64,000 nucleotides of DNA from Malacoraja senta (Eukaryota): the NCBI GenBank assembly GCA_038087875.1, contig JAXLNO010000645.1:124001-188000 (forward strand). Direction: 5' to 3'. The notes beneath the pieces were generated by a model. It was not told the DNA's origin, searched no databases, and was given only the letters and a program-made list of their open reading frames with translations. A program made the position numbers and the translations under genes. Below are positions 53,673-61,588 of this stretch, in pieces (the stretch's first letter is position 1; each line of letters opens with the position of its first letter).

Positions 53673-54466
53673 AAGTACCATTGTAGCGCCATTAGAGCGC
53701 ATGAGATATAGGCCGGGTGGCCAGTAGACTGGAAAGTCAGACCGGAGGATCCCCGATTCAGGCAGATAGTTTATTATATTCAGAACCGCGTTGCGAGACC
53801 AGCGCAGGGAATGCCTGGTGAAGGTCCAGACTTAGCGTTGGCCTACAGGAGAGCCAGCATATGAAGTGCCTGGGGAAGGTCCGGCTTAGCACTGTCCCTA
53901 CAGGAACCAGCGTGGGGAGTGCCTGGTGGAAGTCCAGGCTTAGCGTTGGTCTATAGGAGTGCCAGCGCATGGAGTGCTTTAGAAGGTCCGGCTCAGCGTT
54001 GGCCTAAGGGAGAGCCAGCGTAGGGAGTATTTGGGAAGTTCCGGTTCAGCGCTGGCCTACATGTGAGCCAGTGTGAGCAATGCCTGGTTAAAGGCAATTT
54101 TTATGCGTTGGTCTACAGGAGAGCCAGCGCCAACTATGTCTGGAGAGGACAGTTTAAGCATTGGCCTACAGGTAAGCCTGCGCCAGCAGCACCTGAAAGA
54201 GGGCTGCCAATGCATGGGCCTACAGGAGCCCGCACGGCGAGCACCTGGAAATGGTTTACTATGCGTAGGCCTATGGGAGAGCCAGCGCTAGAAACACCTG
54301 AAGCAGTATGTCATTTCGCCCCGCCATGAGAAGGATTATTTCATACAAAAATTCAGTAAACGAATCATGAGGACTAGCGCCCAATAACAGTGCCGAAACG
54401 ACCAGATTTGGCAAAATATATCAAAGTTGTGGTTCCAAAACTATAAGGGGAACCATTGGAAGATAA
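53673..54466 (+). mobile_element. Older DIRS gag remnant (left of insertion), containing ~9-10 copies of a ~54-bp coding repeat
   Basis: GGCCTACAGGAGAGCCAGCG-like cores at ~53840, 53896, 53948, 54001, 54054, 54110, 54163, 54217 and 54268. They encode WPTGEP-like units as in young gag 55051-55377. Confidence 0.85.
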
Positions 54467-54705
54467 ATTTTACTTCGGAGTCACGTGAGTGACTACGTGA
54501 AGAAGACCCCGTCCAGCCGCACACGCGTCATTATCGATCAGACGCATAGCGTTCATGACCGTGTGTGGAGGAGCAGCAGCTCCTCCAGGCGGTGAGTAAA
54601 GCAAATTTAAAGTAAAAATCGGACAAGGTAAGTGGTTTCGTTTTTAGTTACAGGGCGCTTTTCTTCCCGCTCAGACGTGTTGGCAGAGGTCCACACAAAC
54701 TCAGA

Positions 54706-56200
54706 ATGGAGAAAGGGCGTAGGGGAAGGAGAGGCCAGGGACGCACCGCAGGTAAAACCCCCGATGCTAAGGGTAGCGGGCGTCAGGAAGAGAAGGCAGT
54801 GGCATCGAAGCCATCAACTCCCGTTCCGGTCGAATGTGTCGTTAAACCGCTGGCGGCGGGGCGCAAGGCAGGACAAAAGTCGGCCCGACCTGTAGACTCG
54901 GATGAGTCAGACCCGGAGGTATACCCTCCTACAGCAGAAAACGTTATGGCTGCAAGGGTCGCCAGTTTAGAGCTCCTGATGGGGATTTACAAAGAACCCC
55001 CACAGGAGGAATCAGGTCGGTGTTGGCCAATGTAGGATACAGCACAGGGTGTGCCTTGGTTGGGACAGGCACAAGGGTGGCCTACAGGAGAGCCATCAGA
55101 AATGACTGTGCAAAGGTATTACAGTAGTTGGCCTACAGGAGAGCCAGTGCCAGAAATGCCTGAAAAAAGGCAGTATATGTGCTGGCCTACTGACGAGCCA
55201 GTACAAGAAATGTCTCAAAAAAGACAGTACAAACGTACTTATGTGCCAGCACCGAAAGTTCCTAAAGGGAAAATTATGAAGCGTTGGCCTAGAGTTGAGC
55301 CAGCGCCAGCAGCACCTGAAACAGGGCTGCCTATCCGTTGGCCTATAAGAGAGCCCGCGCAGGGGGATCTGGCATAGACTTACCTGAAACAGGGGAGCCA
55401 GAATTTAACAAACCTGAATAGGAACATCTAGATTAAGAAGATGAATTCTATGAGGATGAGAGCCCATTATCAGAGCTGAAAGTTCCTGGACTAGCACAAA
55501 AGTTTGCTGTTCCTAGAATAACGGGGGAACCTTTGAGGGAGGAAATAGCAATGACTATAAACTATCTACTCTCCCATCAGCTCCAGGAAGTAACTATGGA
55601 TGAGACTGAAACAGTACGAGGCCCAGCAAATTGTGAATTGCTGACAGTTCCAGCAGTAAATAACTTGATTTGGAATTATTTGAGCATTGGTTTACGCTCA
55701 CAAGAATTGAAATTGCAACGTGTATTGAAATTGCTGGGGTCAGGCATCACGGCATTTGCCAGAGGTTTGGATGATGATTATGTATCAGATTCACAACAAG
55801 ATGCTCTAGCACTGATGTGTGGTGCACATTTTTGAAATAAATTATATTCGTAAAAATGCAATAAGACCAAATGTTCATCCTAAGTATGCAGGGCTCTGCA
55901 AACCAACCACCATACAAATGCCTAAGCTGCTGTTTGGAGAAAATCTAGCAAAGAAGCTAAAAGGACTTGAATGAAGAGTCAAGAACCTTGAGTGGCATGA
56001 TGATGAAACCACCGATGATGAGCAGAGCGGTGCGAAGGCAGTATCCCTACAGGCGGAATACTGGTGCTGGAGAAGGAACAAGCTGACCATTCTCGTATAC
56101 ACGTTGGCGTGCTGCACCTAGGATACGTGGAGGTTACAATGTGCCTACCAGAAGCGGACAATTGCCGGTGGAAAACCCCGAGGTAGGGGGTCCTGGTCTG
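54706..56200 (+). pseudogene. DIRS gag-like ORF1, disrupted
   Basis: ORF pieces 54706-55035, 55051-55377 (same frame across a TAG) and 55533-55835 (RGPANCELLTVPAVNNLIW...DALALM), in the position of DIRS ORF1. End approximate. Confidence 0.75.
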
Positions 56201-58096
56201 GTAAGGAATACAATAAATGTTTCACATTCACAAATAGGGGGAAGGTTACGATTCTTCCTAAAAGAATGACAGTTAATAACAAATGATTCATTTATTCTAA
56301 ATAGCATTGTAGGATTCAAAATTGAGTTTCTATCCACATTTGGATCCTCCAAGGCAAGAAAATTCAAACTGGTCATGAATTTTCTCAAAAGAAGAGAATA
56401 AGTTGATCAAAGGAGAATTAGAAACTTTAACCAAAAAGGGGGTAATGGAGAAGTCAGTAGAACAACACCATCAGTTTGCATCAAATATTTTTCCAAGAAC
56501 AAAAAAGGATGGTGGATGTAGAATCATATTGGATCTGACAAATCTTTACCTTTATGTACAATACAAACATTTCAAAATGGAAACATTTACTAATGCAATT
56601 CAGCTAATCACAGAAAATTGCTACATGGCAAGCATAGATCTGCAAGATGCATATTCTTCCGTGGCAATGTATGGTAATGATCAAAGATATTTGAAATTTA
56701 GATGGATGTCAGTTATGGCAATTTAAAGCATTGCCCAATGGTCTGACGTCAGCACCAAGATTATTCACTAAATTACTCAAACCAATTTTAGCTCTGTTAA
56801 GAGCTGAGGGCCAAGTATTAATGGCTAATTTAGAGGATATCCTCATTGTAGGGGACACTTTGGCTGCTGCAAAATTGTCAGTATCCAGAGTCAAATACAT
56901 TTTTGAGAAATTAGGTTTCATTATTCACCTACAAAAATCTAAATTGTTACCAAGCAAAAAGATTGATTACCTAGGGTTCACAATTAACTCCGAACACGTG
57001 GTAATCTCTTTGCCAAAAGATAAAAGCTGCAGTTAATTGAAGGTTGCATAAAACTCATTAACGAGGACACACCATCAATTAGAGAAGTGGCAAGCTTGCT
57101 AGGCAAATTAATTGCAGGGTTTCCAGCGGTCACGTTTGGACCATTGCATTATCAATCTTTACAGAGACCTAAGGTACAAGCGTTAAAAATGAATAGAGGG
57201 CATTTTGACAGGCCCATGAAATTAACAATTTAATCCATTACAGAAATAGATTGGTGGATTAACAATGTTTCTAATGCTTCCAGAAAAGTTCTGGTAGAAA
57301 CACCTTCCGTCACTCTACAGACTGATGTAAGTGCGCTGGGTTGCGGCGCTACTAACATGATTTCCAGCTGTGGAGGTAGGTGGAATGTGAATGAAGTACC
57401 TTTGCTGGAAAATCTGGGAATCAATTACCTAGAGCTATTAGGCGCATTTTACGGCCTTAGAACTTATTGCACTGATATGGGACATGTGAATGTTCAGGTA
57501 CAGGTTGACAATACTACAGCTGTAGCAAATATAAATCACATGGGTGGTATAAAATCAGAATCATGTGATAAATTAGCGAATGAAATTTGGACCTGGTGTA
57601 TTGCCAGGAAAATTTGGCTGTCAGCAATACATTTACCAGGTTAATTTAATACAATTACAGACAAAACATCACGTAAATTTAATGATAATACAGAATGGAT
57701 GTTAAATCGGAAAATATTCACACAAATTATCACACAATTTGGAATGCCAGAAATTGATCTGTTTGCATCAAGATTGAACCACCAGTTTGCCTAAGTATGT
57801 GTCATGGGAACCTGATCCTGGAGCAGTAACGGTGGATGCTTTCTCGCTACATTGGGGTGGTGTGTTTCTGTATGCGTTTACGCCATTTTGTTTAATCCAC
57901 AGATGCATACAGAAAATTAAACAAGATTCAGCCTCAGGGATTTTCGTAGTACCAGATTGGCCTAAACAGCTATGGTACCCACTGGTGTTAAAAATAATTT
58001 AAAAAACCTTATGGTTATTCCAAAGCAGATTAAACTGCTTGTACACCCTGTGACTGATGAACCACATCCTTTACATGATCATATTGGTTTGTTGAT
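56190..58096 (+). pseudogene. DIRS pol: reverse transcriptase, RNase H and DAM-like methyltransferase, disrupted
   Basis: KKDGGCRIILDL, FKMET, SIDLQDAYS, LPNGLTSAPRLFTKLLKP, NLED (degenerate YLDD), YLGF, TDVSALGCGA, DNTTAV, IDLFASRLN and YAFTPF; several stops and frameshifts. Start approximate. Confidence 0.93.
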
Positions 58097-59087
58097 TTGC
58101 AGATTCTAAGAAGGCCATATCTTGGAAAAGGATTATCAGGCCGTACGGTGGATGTTATAACAACAGCCTGGAGGAATAGTACCCAGAAGCAGTACATCTC
58201 CTATATAAAGAAATGGGAGGAGTTTTGTTCAGGGAAACATATTGCATATAACCCAGCAGAAATTTCAGATGTAATAGAGTTCCTTTCTACTCTATACTAT
58301 GAATTAAAATTAAATTATAGTGCAATTAATACTGCACGAAGTGCACTCTCTGCATATTTAAGCAGTGAATCAGAACAAACTCCAATAGGAGCACATCCTT
58401 GGGTCTGTAGGTTTATGAAAGGAATGTTCAACTCTAATCCTCCTAGACCTAGGTATACAGAAATTTGGAATGTAAAAGATGTACTGATGTTGCTAAGGAA
58501 TTGGAATCCAGTTGAAACTCTGTCATTATCCAAAATCACCATGAAATTGGTTATGCTCATGGCATTAGTTTCAGCTCAGAGAGTTCAAACATTACAGAAA
58601 CACAGAATTGATAGAATGAAAGTAGGGCCAAATGCCGTGACATTCTATGTCTATGATTTACTGAAGCAAAGTAGACCTAGGTTCACAGGATGCAAGTTGG
58701 AATTTTTATCATATCCTACAGATCCACGACTGTGTGTAGTAACATATGTGAAATGTTACATAGAAACAACAAAAGTTTTAAGAGGCACCGAATTGGCATT
58801 TTTTATTAGTCATAAAAAGCCTCATAAGAAAGTGTCAACACAAACAATTTCACGATGGTTGAAACAGGTGTTGAGATATTCAGGTATTGATACTGATAAA
58901 TTTAAATCTCATTCCGCCAGGGCGGCATCAACATCAGCGGCCAGGGATTCAGACAATAGATCTTATTCTCGCGGCCGCAGGATGGGCAAGTGAACAGATG
59001 TTTCACAAGTATTACCATAAAGAGATTAAAGATCTCAGAGGGTTTGGTGTTGCCGTGCGGGATACAGTATTAAATCCCCCATTATAA
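58097..59087 (+). pseudogene. DIRS tyrosine recombinase (copy B), frameshifted before the catalytic Tyr
   Basis: 298-aa ORF with SAQRVQTL and HSARAASTS. The C-terminal AAGWASEQMFHKYY lies in the 58887-59087 frame. Confidence 0.93.
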
Positions 59088-59254
59088 TAAATGGGCCTAA
59101 TTTTGTTACTTTTATTAAAATAAATAAAACCATTAACTGATTACATTCAACTGTTGTGGTTATGCATTGTTGATTGTGCTTACTCAAATAGAGTCAATCG
59201 ATGCAGTGAACACCTGGATTTGAATCCACGGTGTGAAATCACAGAGCTTTGAAA

Positions 59255-59367
59255 TCTTCACGTAATCACTCACGTGAGTCCGAAGTAAAATAGTAAGATT
59301 AAACGAGAACTTACCAGTTTGAAGTTTGATCTTTATTTTATGAGGAGTAACGTTGAGGAATTACGTG
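59255..59367 (+). other. DIRS internal complementary region (ICR), copy B
   Basis: Reverse complement of the left end (2 mismatches) joined through AAAAT to the reverse complement of the right end 59515-59593 (2 mismatches). Confidence 0.93.
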
Positions 59368-59593
59368 CCCTCCGCTCCCACCCTCATAAAAGGATCAAGC
59401 TGGTAGTTCTAAGTCTTTATGCATCTTACTATCATACTTCAGTAATTATCGTCTGTGATGGTCACTCCGCTGCTTTGAAAGATTGACGCGTGTGCGGCTG
59501 GACGGGGTCTTCTTCACGTAATCCTTCAACGTTACTCCTCATAAAATAAAGATCAAACTTCAAACTGGTAAGTTCTCGTTTAATCTTACTATT

Positions 59594-60131
59594 AACTTTG
59601 TCAATAAATTACTTGCTCTCTCTGCAGCTCCAGGTTCTAACCATGTACGAACTTCCTACAAATATGAAACCCGCAGTATTGAGCATTAGAAGCAGTCTCA
59701 GCGGGGGAGAGGGTGTTGAAATTGCTGGTCAGGCATTACGGCTTTTTGATTAAAGGTTGGATGGAGAGCATGTGTATTTATCACAACAAGGTTGAATTAG
59801 CACTCATGTGCAGTGCGCACTTTGAAATAAACTGTATTTATAAAAGTGCAATGACCTAATATATACCCTGAGCTTGGGGGGCTATGTACACCATCTAATA
59901 TTTAAATTGCCTAATAATCTGTTTTGGAAAGATTCTAGCCAAAAAAGGAATGATCTTGTGTGATTGGCAGGTCAAATTAAAGGCAGTTTTCCCTACCAAT
60001 ATGTGGTGACTGGGGATAGTGAAGGATCAAATTGGTCTTTCCCATATTTGCGTTGTAGGCACATTCCTCCTGATGTATGTGGACGTTACAATATTCCACT
60101 AAGATCAGGGTATAACAATTGCCATAGGCAA
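59594..60131 (+). mobile_element. Older DIRS gag remnant (right of insertion); duplicate of 45091-45629
   Basis: Near-identical to 45091-45629 and continues the reading frame of 53673-54466. Confidence 0.88.
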
Positions 60132-60175
60132 TTTGAGCATTTAGAACTTTTACATAACTGTTTTATATAATACAT

Positions 60176-61485
60176 AGGGCTCATGTTGTCGACCTCCCCG
60201 TGGTGAACCCTGTTAACTGAGCTCAGTCGCCGCTGCTCGGCGCCAACCAGGAGCGTGCGCCCTTTATAGTGCGGGCATCTACAGATGTCGAACCGGATGG
60301 CATCACCCTGCTGCAGCTGAATGCGGAAAACCTCACCAAGGCCAAGACCACCATCATTGAACATCTGCTACAAACCCACAAAGTCATTCCAATCCTGCTC
60401 CAAGAGACTCCATCCCCGTCTTTGGTTCGCCCTGCATCTACGCCGGGGACTTTAACTGCCACAGCACCACCTGGGGCTACCGTTCAACTAACTCAGATGT
60501 CTCAACTGACTGGGTCTCAGTTACTACCGTTCAACTCCTGTACGACCCAAAACAACCGGACAGCTTCCACTGGCAGGTGGAACACCACTACCAACCCTGA
60601 CTTGGCTTTTGCAAACCTGAATGGACCAACCTCACACCGTATCATCCTGGATCACTTCTCAAAATCACAACATCGCCCATCTCTGATTATCCCGGACAAC
60701 CCCATCGAGCTGGTCCCAACCAATCAGGACAAAGCCTACTCCGCCTTCTGCAAACTCCTCATCAGCGCAGCGAAGAGTTCCATTCCTCATGGCTATCATT
60801 GCCGGTACATCCCCACATGGGACGAAGAGTGTGACGCATTCCTGGACATTGAACCTGGCGAAGAGGCTGCCTCCAAGGCTACGGAACTGACAACCTGCCT
60901 CGACCAAGAAGGGCAGAGAGCGGTGGGAAGAGACAGTCCAAGGAATCGACCACACACTCCAGTAGAGTGGCTTGGAAGACCTTCAATCGCCTCACCGGTC
61001 GAAGTACCCGCCCAAAGCATTGCCCTGTCAAGGCCAACTCCATCGCCCACCAGCTCCTGGCCAACGGCCACTTCAAAGATGCAGAGAAGATTCATACTCG
61101 TTCTGTCAAACAGTAAACCACTAATCATTGGCAAGCTCCAGGCGCTGATCGGCTCCTGTCAGTACCCTTTTCCTCTGCAAAACTCTCTCCTGTCATCACT
61201 CAATTGAAATGCGGAAAAGCCCAGAATTCCAGAAACACTGCGGTCCGAAATGCCAGGTCTGGCTCCGTGAGTTCTACTCCTCTTCCATCATTGGTCAGTC
61301 CATTCCGAAGATCTGGTGGAAAGCCACCGTCATTGCCCTACCAAAATCAAACAAGCCTGTGGACGACCCAAGGAACTATCGGCCCATCTCTGTGTCCTGT
61401 ACAAGTTCCTCGAACAGCTTCTCCTGGCCTGGCTCGATCCAATCGTCGACCCCCAACTACCGGCTGAACAAGCCTGATTTTGTCG
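60176..61485 (+). mobile_element. Ingi/Vingi-like LINE copy 1: internally deleted and 3'-truncated
   Basis: AP-endonuclease start GITLLQLNAENLTKAK...ILLQET, GDFNCHSTTWGY, WNTTTNPDLAF, SQHRP, and RT start KPVDDPRNYRPIS. Paralogous to 61521 onward. Confidence 0.85.
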
Positions 61486-61520
61486 TGTATAAACGTATAT
61501 AACCGTTTTATATAACACAT

Positions 61521-61588
61521 AGGGCTCATGTTGTCGACCTCCCCGTGGTGAGCCCTGTCAACTGACCTCAGTCAGGCAAACGACAACA
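61521..61588 (+). ncRNA. HDV-like self-cleaving ribozyme at the LINE 5' end
   Basis: P1 AGGGCTC/GAGCCCT, P2 TGTTGTCG/CGACAACA, P3 ACC/GGT, L3 TCCCCGT, P4 CTGAC-ctca-GTCAG and J4/2 GCAAA, in nested double-pseudoknot order. Confidence 0.85.

Larger units (their letters stand above)
54467..59593 (+). mobile_element. Full-length (5127 bp) decayed DIRS1-like tyrosine-recombinase retrotransposon (copy B)
   Basis: Perfect 37-bp inverted repeats at 54494-54530 and 59484-59520, ICR at 59255-59367, gene order gag-RT/RH-MT-YR, and ATT at both ends (54467-69, 59591-93). Confidence 0.97.

Noticed and set aside
188..53702. Numerous 60-140 aa K/R-rich (minus) and F/L-rich (plus) ORFs
   Set aside because: They are translations of the 25-bp satellite, occurring in all frames with no domain content.
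56403..59087. Prophage integrase, retron or DGR-type RT-integrase-methylase system
   Set aside because: Domain order, ITRs and ICR are fully explained by a DIRS1-like retrotransposon.
54467..59593. Active autonomous DIRS
   Set aside because: The RT catalytic motif reads NLED, there are multiple stops and frameshifts, and YR is frameshifted before the catalytic Tyr.
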